Positions 38,601-51,200 of a stretch of DNA of 64,000 nt are shown piece after piece. The stretch is from NCBI RefSeq assembly GCF_964204865.1, contig NC_135263.1, forward strand, positions 8,804,001-8,868,000. Reading direction: 5' to 3'. The stretch comes from Styela clava (Eukaryota). The translations under genes were made by a program, and so were the position numbers. The notes below the pieces were generated by a model, which was given only the letters and a program-made list of their open reading frames with translations, had not been told where the DNA came from and did not search any database. Position 1 is the first letter of the stretch. Every line of letters begins with the position of its first letter.

Positions 38601-41231
38601 TTGTTTTGCCATTTTTGTTGCTGACATTGACAGCCTGTAATGCTTAGAAATAAAAATTGTAACATGCAGTTTCATATTCTGTTTAGATGATGGTTGTGTC
38701 AGAGTATGGAGGGATTGTTGTGAAAATCAAAACACTGGTGCCGAACTTGTTACAGGATGGCAGGTTTGCTTTTTTAATAATGAAATCCAAGAAAATAAAG
38801 TATTTTCTACATTAATAATACATATAAGGTTTTTGTGTTAAGTGTACATGTTTACGACATAAACAATGCTGGATTTCACTGCAACGTATTGCAATACATT
38901 TTTATTGAAGATTGTTACCTTGTGTAGAACTCACTGCGTCATCTCAAGGATTCACTTTTTTATAGGTCTTTTGCTCTGAACTAGGCTCTCTCCAAGTTGT
39001 TGCTAGGTAACCAGCTACTACAAGTTTGGAAGAACCGGAAACATTTTTGCAGTTCAACCTTGCCTACCTAATTTATTACACCCAAAGTTTCAAACAGCGA
39101 TGCCATCATAGTTAAGTTTCACTTTTTAAGCCCTGCCCCGCCCACACTTGTACTTCTTTGGTGGTATTTACTGAAACATAACTCACCACTGACACTTTAT
39201 ATAGTTTGGGAAGCTCTTGGCAATTCAGTGGTCAGCCATGACTTTGCTGAGACGTCAGTGACCTTGCTTATTTTTTGTACAGGCCGCAATTGAATCATTA
39301 CCATCAGCTCGTGGTGCAGGTCTTATTTTATCGTGGGATCAAAAAAATCTACAGTTATATACTGCAGGTGATTCAAGAAATATACAAGTATGGGACACTG
39401 TAACTGAACAACGTGTTCAGGTAATTTCCTAACTTTTTTGGGCATTTCAGGGAAAGGGTCAATAGCAGTTTTTGTATTTGGTTGATAAGGTGGTTACACT
39501 AAAAAATGACATGGACTGGTACTGGATAAGAGAGGTTGTGGTATGCCTTCAGAGGGTGGTTTGTTTATGTAGCCATTGGTCAGTTACGGCTTCCTCCACC
39601 ATCAAGCAAATGCATCAGAAACAAAGAGCTAAACAAACAAAGAGCTAACTAATCCCATAACCCGACATGGACTGGTAACCAGACAAAAGGCCTTAGTTTG
39701 GCATCTGGCAGTTTTAAATGTGAATTCCTATCCTACTGATTATTTCCAGCAGTCTATTTGTCAATTAGTGATATTAAAAGTATTTAGTAAATTTGTAATG
39801 ATGTCTTATTATCAACATTTATATTATCAGGAATTATCAACTGGTGCTGATAGTTGTGTCACATCATTATCTCTGGATGATCAGAATAATCTGTTGATAG
39901 CCGGATGTGGGGATGGTACTATTCGAATGTTTGATACAAGAGATCAATCTGTAAATGGGTGAGACATTTCTAAGAATGATACTGGCTCAAATCGTGTTTC
40001 TTTATTTTATTCAAAAACAAGCAATCGCTTTGGAAGATTCAAAGTTTAATTTCACTTTTTAAATATATATAAATGGGAAATATGCCAAGTTCGGTACGGC
40101 AAGCACGCTCCTTTGCACAAACTGAATATTTTTGACTTTGGCTATATGATAATATATATAGTAATTTATGACCAAAAACAAATTTGGTGTAAATGTGCAA
40201 CTGAAAAGATTCATTTCAGACTACTGAATCTAAGGTTGGTCTTAATTTAACTGAAAACGTTTTTGTATTTTTGAATATGCTGTAATTGTTTCTTCAACAG
40301 GAAAACCAAAGTGTTACGTGCTCACGAAAGTTGGGTTGTTAATACAGTATTTCTACCTGATCAACAAGATTTCCTCGTCAGTTCCAGGTATTTATAAAGA
40401 TAAATTGATGGGTATAGTGTATCATACCCTCACATTAAACATGATATGATCATTTTTGTTTTTTCAGTGAAAGTGGTGATGTCAAAATATGGGATGTAAG
40501 AAGTTTGGAGTCATTGCAATCTATCAATATTCATTCTGGTATAAGATGTCAGGACGCTCATTTGCATTTGCCATTAATTGTCTGGTATGTATACTATTCA
40601 AAAATACCAAACTGCTTTGTGTCACTGCTAATCTGCTTTCCAGTTTTGTATTGCTCTGATGATTCCATGTTAATCAGACCATTTTTTTTAACAGTGGTTC
40701 TCCCAATCAATCGATGTATTTCTTCAGTCACGATGCAGAAGAACTAGCTCATGTTAAATATTATGATGGATTCTTAGGGCAACGTATTGGTTTCATTACA
40801 TGCATGAGATTTCATCCAAGATTGGTGAGTTAGTATTACAATTATATTCAATATTTGGATGAATTGGGTAGAATACGATTGGCAAAGGGTTCAATGAGAA
40901 CCCCAAAATTTAAAGATTGGTTTGGCTAGTCACGCTCAACTTCTCTATAAAAATTTCTGCACATGCTTCTGCCTGGGTAGTCTGGGTGAGGGAATAACTA
41001 ACCAGTTATATGTGTAGTGGAGGAACCTTTTCAGGTTGGTTTATTTTTTATGCATTGCACACTTCACCTATCTGCAAACTCAAAATGACGCAACAGCCTT
41101 GCACAAATGTGTGCTAAAAACACCTGTCTTGTTTCATATGAATTCTCTTTTTCTAGGCTCATCTTGCTGTTGGGACAGCAGACTCATTTCTAACCATATA
41201 TTCTGGAGATTGTAAGTTCCAATCACCATGA
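26655..41231 (+). CDS. RPTOR: Regulatory-associated protein of mTOR (Raptor); 29 core exons plus 2 microexons
   Basis: Phase-consistent GT-AG exons: 26655-26840, 27767-27869, 27945-28027, 28616-28774, 28851-28997, 30064-30284, 30574-30674, 31061-31287, 31632-31733, 32284-32478, 32854-33103, 33185-33282, 33740-33989, 34706-34885, 35429-35599, 36049-36167, 36427-36536, 36674-36788, 36872-36973, (37051-37074, 37272-37298), 37429-37534, 37886-38000, 38356-38480, 38687-38763, 39283-39420, 39831-39958, 40301-40387, 40468-40584, 40695-40824, 41157-41231. Motifs: [79 protein letters not shown]40 [10 protein letters not shown] and [12 protein letters not shown]. Confidence 0.97.
27361..27658. mobile_element. 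Charlie-type hAT MITE in RPTOR intron 1
   Basis: CAGCGGTTCTC ... GGTTGGGAAACACTG termini with flanks CTCTAATA/CTCTATTG. Its 3' half is clearly homologous to about 35095-35257. Confidence 0.75.
28219..28448. mobile_element. Charlie-type hAT MITE in RPTOR intron 3
   Basis: CAGGGTTTCTCAAA ... TTTAAGAATTACTG with flanks TTTTACTA/TTTTAATA. Confidence 0.65.
29140..29844. mobile_element. piggyBac-like non-autonomous element in RPTOR intron 5
   Basis: TTAA|CCCTTTTTTTCCG ... CGGAACAAAAGAG|TTAA: TTAA target duplication, imperfect TIR, and a CpG-rich interior in a CpG-poor gene. Confidence 0.65.
35095..35257. mobile_element. Partial copy of the 27361-27658 MITE family
   Basis: Shared TTGTTTGAACATAATGG.ATTTGGAATCTACC.ATCAAA...CTGGAATGATAAACAGG.GGCCATGAG...AAAGGTTGGGAA.CAC. 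Confidence 0.7.
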
Positions 41232-42288
41232 AGAAGTATCAGATATAGCAAGGCATATTCAAACAGATTTGTTGCCATAGTGCTTTTATGGAGAATCTAC
41301 AACTAATGTGAAGTTTATTGTAAGCTTGCGGTACTCAATCAGGCATGCGAAGTCAATGCCAACTTTGTGAAAAAGTGCAATAACCAAAGGGTTGGAGCTT
41401 CCAGTCGAATACAAATTCAGTGAATTTTTCTCTGAGAAGAACTCAACGTGGTCTATAATCTGAGGGATGGGGAAGCAACTTAATCATGTGCAAACCAACC
41501 CAACCAGTCTCATCATTAGAGGCAGTATGGTGTATTTCATTTTTAGAAATGTTCATCTACTATTATTTATAATTGCTGCATTCATATGTTTAAAATAAAA
41601 ACTAATGGTTTATGTTGTATTATATCTTGTATGCATTTGCAAAATTAGGAGGAAAAAGTGCAATAGTTTTTTTTTCACTTAACTACTAGGGAGATAAAAG
41701 ACATCGAAACGACTCGTGTGCCAATTCCATATTGTAAGGTCTCTTTAGCTAAGTGTTTTGGACTTTGAGAAATAGAAAAAAATTGAAGAACGTCTTTATA
41801 CCGTTTCAATGCTACAGTAATGTATTTTATACCATCGGGTGGGAGAATGATTAAGGCTCGGTAAACCAACGCTAAACTAGACTAAATATAATTCAATGGC
41901 ATAGTAGTTAGTTTATTCACTAACTATCTTATGCAGGCTCAACAAATAGATCTCCAATCATTTTATTTGAATCAGAGCATCCAAATATCAGAATATACGA
42001 TTTGAGATCAGCGCAAGCAATGAAAGTCTTTATTAACAAACCTAGTATCAATACTACTCTCGAAATAACCTTGATTTTAGAGATAAAATGGCAATCTATA
42101 TTTGTGACGAAGCATTGATGCCACTGGGGATCAAGTCAACACATTTTGAAATAGCTATGTCCTGCACATATTAAGCAGTTTCCACCCATCTCAAATTGAT
42201 CTGAGCCATTGTTCTGAGATGTAATTATATCCAAGAACACTGCGTAAGATAATATTGCAAATGATCAACAAATATTATTTACTAATCA

Positions 42289-43191
42289 TCAGTCCGATGT
42301 TTTTGTTTTTTTGTCTCCATCATTGGCAGTAGGCAATTTTCGTTTCAGTGCCTTGACCTTACGAAGCTGTAACGACCCCATGTCCTGCTTTGTCATATGA
42401 ATACGGCCCCGTTTTTCACCAAGATTCCCTCTTGAAATATTCTTGACCTTTGACACTTTAGCAGCCTTCGGTTTTCTACATGCTCTCTTATACAAGTCAT
42501 CAGAAGCAAGTTTGGTTCTCCGTAAAATGAAATCAAAGTTAGGTCCCATTTCCTGTAGCTCAATACGTGGCGTTCTTGTGCCAGATTTTTTCAAATTAAC
42601 CTTGTAATTTCGCAACAAAATTTTCTCATCGACTACAGTAAAACTCATGACATGTTCAAGACCTTTCAATGTGACGTTGGAAACAACTGGTCCCCGAAAG
42701 AAATCGATAAACAAAGATTTCAAACGTCGAAGTTCTGAATCAGTTTCAAAATTTTCGCTATTAAAAATTAAGCAAGGTTTTGCACCAATTCCACATTTTT
42801 CACCTAAAAAGTCCTTGAACGATTTGAAATTTTCGATTCCAAGTTCAAACATATCCAATACTTGGCGATCGTAAGTTCTACCAATGACAAGATTATTCGG
42901 CCTTTTCTTTGAATGTGAACCGAATAAAAACAATGATGCGTCGTTCATTTTTGTTAGAAATTCTATAGAAGACGCATCTTCAAATGGCCGACTTATATTT
43001 CGTTTCTTGAAAAGAATTGAACCGGGTTTTTTCATCATGTGAAGTTCTTGCAGAGCAGTTGTAATTATGTTGCTCGTGTTTCCACCTCTTATGAAGAGAG
43101 CAGTTTTATCATTTTCAAATATCTTGGGAGCTCTTTGTTCGAGAACTCTTCTATGTCGTTGACTTTTAGGCTTTACTATTCCCTCCTCCAT
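42289..43191 (-). CDS. RPF2: Ribosome production factor 2 homolog (Brix domain), intronless CDS, 300 aa
   Basis: KPKSQRHRRVLEQRAPKIFEN.K, RPFED, DASLFLFGSHSKKRPNNLVIGR, VLDMFELGI, KSLFIDFFRG, KKSGTRTPRIELQEMGP and GRIHM.KQD. Confidence 0.96.
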   Translation of the reverse strand: MEEGIVKPKSQRHRRVLEQRAPKIFENDKTALFIRGGNTSNIITTALQELHMMKKPGSILFKKRNISRPFEDASSIEFLTKMNDASLFLFGSHSKKRPNNLVIGRTYDRQVLDMFELGIENFKSFKDFLGEKCGIGAKPCLIFNSENFETDSELRRLKSLFIDFFRGPVVSNVTLKGLEHVMSFTVVDEKILLRNYKVNLKKSGTRTPRIELQEMGPNFDFILRRTKLASDDLYKRACRKPKAAKVSKVKNISRGNLGEKRGRIHMTKQDMGSLQLRKVKALKRKLPTANDGDKKTKTSD

Positions 43192-45283
43192 ATTTTATTA
43201 TAGCTATGTCTAAGATTAATAGAAGTATTAAACTGGGGAAAGATACTATATCTACCTCCTCAAGTATATTATATTGTATATATATATATATACGATGGCC
43301 CTTTCCAAAAAAGAAAATGCAGAAATGTACCGGTACCTAGACTATATTACAAAATCTGTAAATTGAGTTTTAGCCTATCTGTGATTTCAAAGAGGTAATG
43401 TCATGTTGCAGTGTTGGCAATTTTGATTCAACTTTGGCCAAGGTGGTACGGTATATTATCCAGTACGGTATGCTGATATGTGATCAACTACCGTACAATT
43501 AATTCCAAACCAGCAATTCTGGCCTAACCCCACGTTTTTCGCACCTATGTTGTATGTAAACATTCAGAACACTATTCTCATTTCATTGCTGACTGCTGGG
43601 GCCAACAAAAAACAACCAATTTTTGTAAAAAGCAACAGCTCCAATACAAAAACTCAATGATTGAAGGGCGTTTTTTACGTTTACGTTTTTTAACTTTATT
43701 TCAAGTAATGCTCGCCTTCCAGGTATCTCTGCATTTTGTTTGTTCGTCTACTTTTTGTGCTGTTTTGTTTTTATGTCAGAGTACCGAAATAAATGATTGA
43801 TTGATAAAGGCACCAAAGCAACTGGTACACCGGTACGCTTTTCACTAAAGTGACTAACACTTTGCTTTCCACCAGAATACAGTATGCTTTGAGTCGCACT
43901 GGCAACAGGCGCGACATGCGCGTTGATTGGAGTTGCCAGATTTATTACCATGCCAGTACCACCATTAAATAAAAATATGTAACAACTGAAATATTATAGT
44001 TTCTTCATAAAAATAAAATTATTTACAATAAACTAATGTACATATAATAATATAAATTTAGTCAGTTTTGTTATATAAACTAATTCTGTGGATACGGAAG
44101 AAATTTGGCGTGATAATTTTTGACAAGAGCTTCTAAGATCATTTACTAATTATTCAGTCTTGATTTCATCGTTAATAGGCGAACGCAAGTGTCGAGAAAA
44201 CAATGCTGCAAGATATCAACCATAAATGCCGCCATTGCGACTCCCTAGTGAGGTTTAGGAACATTTTTTATTCATTGTGCTAAGATGCAATCGCGGATTT
44301 GCCGATGACCCTCAGGAAATCGTGAAATGTAACCTAACGCGGTCGACCGCCTGTTATGGATTATTTCACCCTATCAGCATAGGCTCTGAAACATTGTTGC
44401 AAAACAGTGTCAATTAATATCTGTGATCTGACTGGAGTTATCAAAAACCCTAAAATATTGCTAAAATGATAACCCATGAACTAAGTATAAAACAAAATCA
44501 ACTTAAAGAATGTAGCACGTTTATTAAAAAGAAAAAAGACGAATTATATACAATATACGGACAAAAATATTTTTTCAACAAAGACAAGTCCAGATATGTA
44601 CACAACGGGAAACGGGCTATACAAGGTTCCAACTGGCCTCATATTTTGACAATCACCATCATCATTCATGTTTGAGCAAAGCACAAAAAGATTCAATCTC
44701 GCTTTCGTGAGATATCGCGTGCATCTAACAGACAAACAAACAAATACCTATCAACATACTTACCGATTAAAATCGATAAGTAACAATAAAATCAACATTA
44801 CAAAAACACAGACATATGTATATCTGGCAACCTAACATAGTTCCAAGTATCAAACCAACAGAGCCGAATCAATCAGAAGAAAAGTGACAACTAGTAATAT
44901 TTCAAAGCGAGAGCACAAAATTTTTTGAAAGGAATAAAAGCACTGGAACAACGAAATTGAAAATTGAAAGAGTATGTCACCACAGTCAGGCCTAAAGCGA
45001 AGCATAGCAGTATCCACCCATGAAACCTATTCCATCCTATGTGATTTGTTCCACAATGGAAAGTGGAAACTTCATACAATCTAGAGTAATCAAATGCAGA
45101 ATAATAGCTAAAAAAATCAAAAATAACTATAATGACTGAAGTCAGGATAGCGGCAATTAAGAGCAGTATATTATTGGAGCATGCAGCTACTTTTAACAAT
45201 GGCAGTCATGATGATGCAGTTTGATGTACAAAGATTAATATATTTTGATTACGAAATTCACAATATCCAATGGCAGAGAGTCC

Positions 45284-48200
45284 TCATTTCTTAGAATTGA
45301 ATCTACCAAGTGGGCGTTTCACACGATCCATCTGTAATCAAAAAACAAATTGAAATTATTATCAGCTGTGTCAACTGCTATCTACTGGCATCCTAGCTAT
45401 AATGATAAATGTATAAAAAACTTATTGTGGCAGTTATCACTCCACATTCATATCAGTAAGAGGTGTTTAGACCAAGATACAAATTTCATAACCAACAAAT
45501 CACACTATTAATTAGAGACATCCAGGTTTACGGTTAATGCTATTGTATTGATCAAACATCACATATATAGAATTAGTGATTGTATGATATATTGAAAACC
45601 ATCTAAAATTTTTCACCAAACTTGGAGTTCTTCTCTTTTCTTCCACGTTTTTCTTTGAAGATTTAGATCGATCAGGAGTTTTCATCAAACCAGATATTCT
45701 CTTCGATGTTCCTGTTATCAAATAGAATAAATTTGACGCTTATTACAGATTGCAATATCTCCTCAATTTTTTACATAAAAAAAGAGATTTTACATTAGTG
45801 AGAGTAAATGGAAGTATGTTTTTGATTGCTTCACAAATGCAAAACGAATGCAAGAAATCAGCGAGTTTAACTTTATAGGCCATGAGTTAGAGTTATCTCT
45901 TACTGAAACATAAATCAACAATACCGATACATACCGCTCTCATTTTGATTTTGTGGTTTGTCAGTCCCAGTACTTGTGCTTTTCTTGGAACCTCGAGGCC
46001 TTAGAACAGATTTTCTTGGTGAGTTTGGTATTTCAAACATCATGCTCATTCTCCCCCTTGGAACAATTTGTTCCTGAATGTTTCAATAGAAATGGAATAT
46101 TTACGTTCATATTTAAAACCTGATGGGATATGTTATTATTAAATGAATTATTTTTATTACTGTCAGGTAGATATCCCATGGATGTCAAAATGATTGGCTA
46201 TAAAATAATGTTTTACATTGACTAAGGTAAAGCTATTGAATAGGTTATTAATTCCCATCTGTACTTATCTATCAAAAAGTGATCGCCTTGGGAACGTAAG
46301 GTATAAAAATCTTGGTCATCGTTCGAAAGAAAGTTTGAATTCAAGAAAATCGAAAATTTTTGATATCCAGCTGTATTTTAAGAAGACTTTAATATATAGA
46401 GTAAATCTGGAATATCTCAAGATTTTATTGCAAAATATATAAACTTAAATTCCTTGCAAGTTCTATGGTAATCATCTATGCACTATGAACTATATTAAAA
46501 TGTCAAAATCATTTATTATAACAATATACTTTGACTTTACCTTATCTTCTTCTTGGGGTATTGTACCATTCCATTGATTGTCATTATTCTTATGAGACCT
46601 AAGATCATAATCTGAAGCAGACGTATCACTTCCTCCACGACGATTTTGCTGAAAAGAAAAGGAATTCTATTGTATGTTTATCTTTAATCATACACATGAA
46701 TAATGAACTTGTCCTTGGAATTGAAAATTGACCTAAACTGAAAAAAAATTTGCCTTCAGGTTTGAAAAATTTTTGATTTTTGCTTCGGATTGTAATAAAT
46801 TCGACTCCAGATTCCAATGACAAAAACTTTAGCTATGCAAGTCTTTTAAGAGCGCTCAGTAAACTTGACATTTTTCAATTTTCTGTAGAAAATTTGTAAC
46901 TTTTTTATCACTATTGAAATTCTGCAATTTTGACTCCCGAATCCCGATGACTGAGAATTTAGTATTTAGACTTCGCCGAGTTTGAAAATCCGATCCTCGT
47001 TCAGACTCAATACAACATGAAACTCTCCTTAACTCACTTTATGTGGAGGGTTTTCTGGAGCTCCATCTTTGTCTGAATTCTTTCTCTTAGGCTGATTGAC
47101 TTCACTCACACTACTTATTTGTCTTCTAGTAGATGCTTCTGATTTCCAAGCGACATCACCATGTACATCTTAAATTATAACAAAATAGATTGTTTGGAAA
47201 AACATGCTGCTAATAAACGTTGTTGGCGAAAACATGAAAAATGTTAATATACATGGAAAAGTTTTGGTCAGCATAGACTGTATTAACAACAGCTCAATAT
47301 GGATTTGCCTTCCGCACGATTACAAAAATATGTAAAACAATGCTTCCCCAGAACATTGATAAATATAGACAATAACCATTTCACCTAGGATGGTGAGCGA
47401 TGTCAAACTGGAAATTCCAGTCATTTTCAAAAATAAATTAGCTTCTATCAGTGATCAAAGACGAAAAAAATACATTATACAGTGAAATATCGATCTAAGA
47501 GGCTCAAGTCAAATTACCGATAGTCATTCTCCTGATTCTCGCATCATTACCATGAGCACCGATAGATCTCTGTAACTGAGCAGATGTTTGTGTGAATCTA
47601 CGCATTGTACCATCAGCATCACCTACTCTCACTGATTCATCACATTTACTTGGAGTTCGTCCCTGAAAAATGAATTCACATTCACAATATATAACAGTTC
47701 TCAAGCTTTTCAAACTCACAGCACATCCTGTAATGAGATAGAAACATTTCTTTAGTAAATAGTTTGATATTTTTCAGAAGCACTCGTAAATATCTTTAAC
47801 GCAGTCCGAGAATCCCTGCTATACAACGTTAACATCAATTCGGTCCCAATTAGTTACACTTTACAATGTGTCATGTTTTTGAGATGGTAATACAGTATGC
47901 AGGAATGTCCAATACAAAGTTGACGATGGAATCAAGTTTAGCATGTTTTTCACTGGAGTCGTTAGAGTTAAACTCCCAAATTTCCTGAGTCTTTCAATTG
48001 AGATGAAAAATGTTAAAAATTCCTACTAAAACTCAAAAAAGCAATAATTTTATTAATATTTTTAACAGCTATTGAAGAAGCCTTGCAAACACCAAAATTT
48101 TTGTTATTAAAATTTGATTTTCTAGGAAGTTTGATCTGGAATGAAATTTTTTTTTACCCCCGAAGTGGGAGGTGATCTCAAATTTTCTCTAATTTCACCT

Positions 48201-51200
48201 TTCTGGTTGAATGTAAAAATCATAATTTTTTGGACATACAATAGGTCTTTATGCATCATTAATTACTCTTCCATAGACTTGTTTTGAGCAAAGATTACGC
48301 TTACTTAAAAACAGAAAATACTTGATATTAATCCAACCAGACAAAACAGAGACGAAACAAACGATTTGACAGCACAAAAACTAAGAATGGCCAAGACGGG
48401 AATGGTTCAACTACATGCTTTATTTATCCCCATTCTTGATAAGGACAATTTTCAATTGTTACTAGAAATCCCTACCTGAGTTTCGATTGGATAAGAACTC
48501 TTCAAATGCGGCAGAGTCGCTGCGTTTCTGCGTTGTAATTCAGCGAGTCTAGTCAATGATCCAAAATCATAGTCTTCGGGTTCTTCTTCAGTTTGAAAGG
48601 CTTAAGATAAAATGAGTTGAATAAAGGTCAATTTTGGTGTTACAAAAACATGAACGCTTTGATATTTCTATTTATTGCAGGTATTTATATATTTGGTCAT
48701 GAAAATACAAGAAAAAGTATCTGTCTAACAAGCAGCTAAAATGCTGGGTTGGTGCTACAGCTTCAAAGATCTCAATCGACAAACCCTGCATCTACCACCA
48801 CACTCGGGCCGCAATGTAATCGGGTAGGCAACGCCGAATCGGAAAGACTCCGCTCTTTTTAAAAATACTAGCTTCTCACATATCAGTGGCTGCCCCATAA
48901 CAGAGCCTTATTCATAGTGAAAGTGTGAGAACGCTTCACAAAACAAACGCTTCAGTTATTTTCTATATTGTCATTTCTTGCTGCTGTTTTATGGTTAAGG
49001 TTATGCTTTAGAACATTCGAAAATGAGATTTGAAATCAAGCATTGAATTAAAAGTTATTATTAAGAATCAAAACTAAAAAACATGCATCTGAAATGCATG
49101 CAACAAGCAATGAATAAAAAAAAATACTTTAATGGGATGATGAAATGAAGTTTGAAGAACTTAAGGTTGTTGATATCAAAGAGTAAAAAGTTCTTAGTCT
49201 AAAACGAAGGAATATTTAAACAGGAAAATTATAGCAAATCAACTATGTTTTTTAGTAATCAAGTCAGAAGATGTAATAAAAAAAAATGCAAAATTTTTTG
49301 AATTCGCTAGATAATTTTAGAACTGGAAAAAGATTCTAAAATACAAAACTAATAAGGAGAAAGGCAACTGTGTCAAAATCGACTTTTTGAAGAGCATTTT
49401 TGATTTACGGGTAGTTATTTTTTCTTTATCTTTGAGACATTTGAAAATGGAATATTAAATAGTAGCGTTGATGATTGAAAATTTTCAAATTCTGAACCTG
49501 TTTTATCGAAATATTGTCAATACACGAACGAGGTGGACACAATGTTAATGGAAGCAAGCAGGTAAATTAAAAAAGAATGAAATTTCATAACATAAGATGT
49601 TAATTCAAACTCCATTTCATACTTTGTGAGATATCTTTTCCAATATTCCTGTTATATTCATTAATTGAATGACGATCTGAATTTCAAAAACCTCACACAA
49701 TTAGTCTTTAATCATTCATTGTGAACAGACATATTTACGAAAAAATTTTCACAAGAAATTTTTCTAGGCTAAGCTCACATGCACTCAGTCAGAAAGAGAT
49801 ACAACTCTCCTCAGCACAAAAATAACTACCGTAACTTAATTGTGAGAAGCTGATAAAAAATTACGAAATTATGTCAATGCTACTGGTGCCATGGTGTATG
49901 ATTTTTTTATACGACAGCTTATTGATGCCGTTTGCTCTGAACCAGACCCTTTACAAGCGACCACTGATATAATGAGCTACTTTCTGCATGATATGGGGAA
50001 TTTATGATAGTTCACAGGAAAGTTTTAGCCTTTGAATACTAATAAACTTGAAAAATGACACCATTGGTGAAGCTCCCATGAAAGTCTACATAAAACTAAA
50101 TGCAAATCATAGACTGCAAATTAAAAGTTAATAAAAACAGATTATGAAGATTATTTGGCTTGTACAGGAAAAAATGACCAAATTTGCATACCAAGAGATG
50201 AAATTGGTTGTCGTGGAATGGTTGAATTTCTTTGGTTGGAATGTGACGCACTTTCATTTGCTACGAAACTTGCTTCTGCCAGGTTTGATGAATTCATGTT
50301 GATGTCAGCAGATTCGTGACTAACTCGACTCGTATTGAGTGTGCCGTGAGTGTTAAGCTGAGGTTGACTATGACTGTAGTACCTTGAATTCATGCTGGTT
50401 ATAGTATCGCTGAGTAAACTACTCTCAATACTCATGTGACTTCGATCAACAGCTGCTGTATAAAAGAAAAATAGAAGAAATATGGTTGAATGTTTAAACT
50501 GAAATGCAATTAAAATACAATGATTCGAATGTGAGTAAAACTGGCATGGTCACTAGAAGATACAAAACAAAATCGAATATCAAAAAGGTTTAAAATACTT
50601 TCTTTATTTTATTTTTTCTGATTCTAGGTGTAATTTGAAATAATATAGGAATTGAAATCTCACAGTATAACCTTCATATACATTCTGAAAACACATTAAA
50701 ATAATAAAGAGTATAAATAAAATTATTGCTTATCTTAACGTTCCCTATTTTCTATATTCAAACTTATTGGGTAAATTAGAATAACAAACAAATCTCTTTC
50801 CACCATATAGCAGGTATACTTTTAAATTTTTTAGAATTTCAAAACAAGAGAAAATACTAGCTGAAAAAGATGAGAGAAAAAAGAAAAGGTAGGACTTGGA
50901 ATTTAAAATAAAATCTCCATATCCGATAACATTATTTCAGGATGTATTGGGAATAGTAGAATTTTCAGTTTGAGACATCCTTGTGATATATCATTTTGTA
51001 TAACGAGAAAAGTGAGTTCTCAAACTTCTTATATTAGATTCAGCATTACTACTTTTTTAATTCCATACTATTTTGAATTTGAAGCTAAACGGCTTTGATT
51101 AAAGTTTCTGACAAGATGATCTTACCATGGTTTGTTGTCTGATTGTTTCTAGCATTTCCACGAGATTGAAGATTGACAGGTGTTCGAAGAATATCGTCCT

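Noticed and set aside
42289-45284. NuMA-RPF2 operon
   Set aside because: The gap is 2 kb and contains its own CpG-rich promoter-like patch (about 43440-43950, with an inverted CTGGCAAC/GTTGCCAG pair).
39500-48950. SINE-like intronic patches (about 39530-39710 and 48740-48950)
   Set aside because: Composition suggests repeats, but no second copy, TSD or clear A/B boxes are visible in the window.
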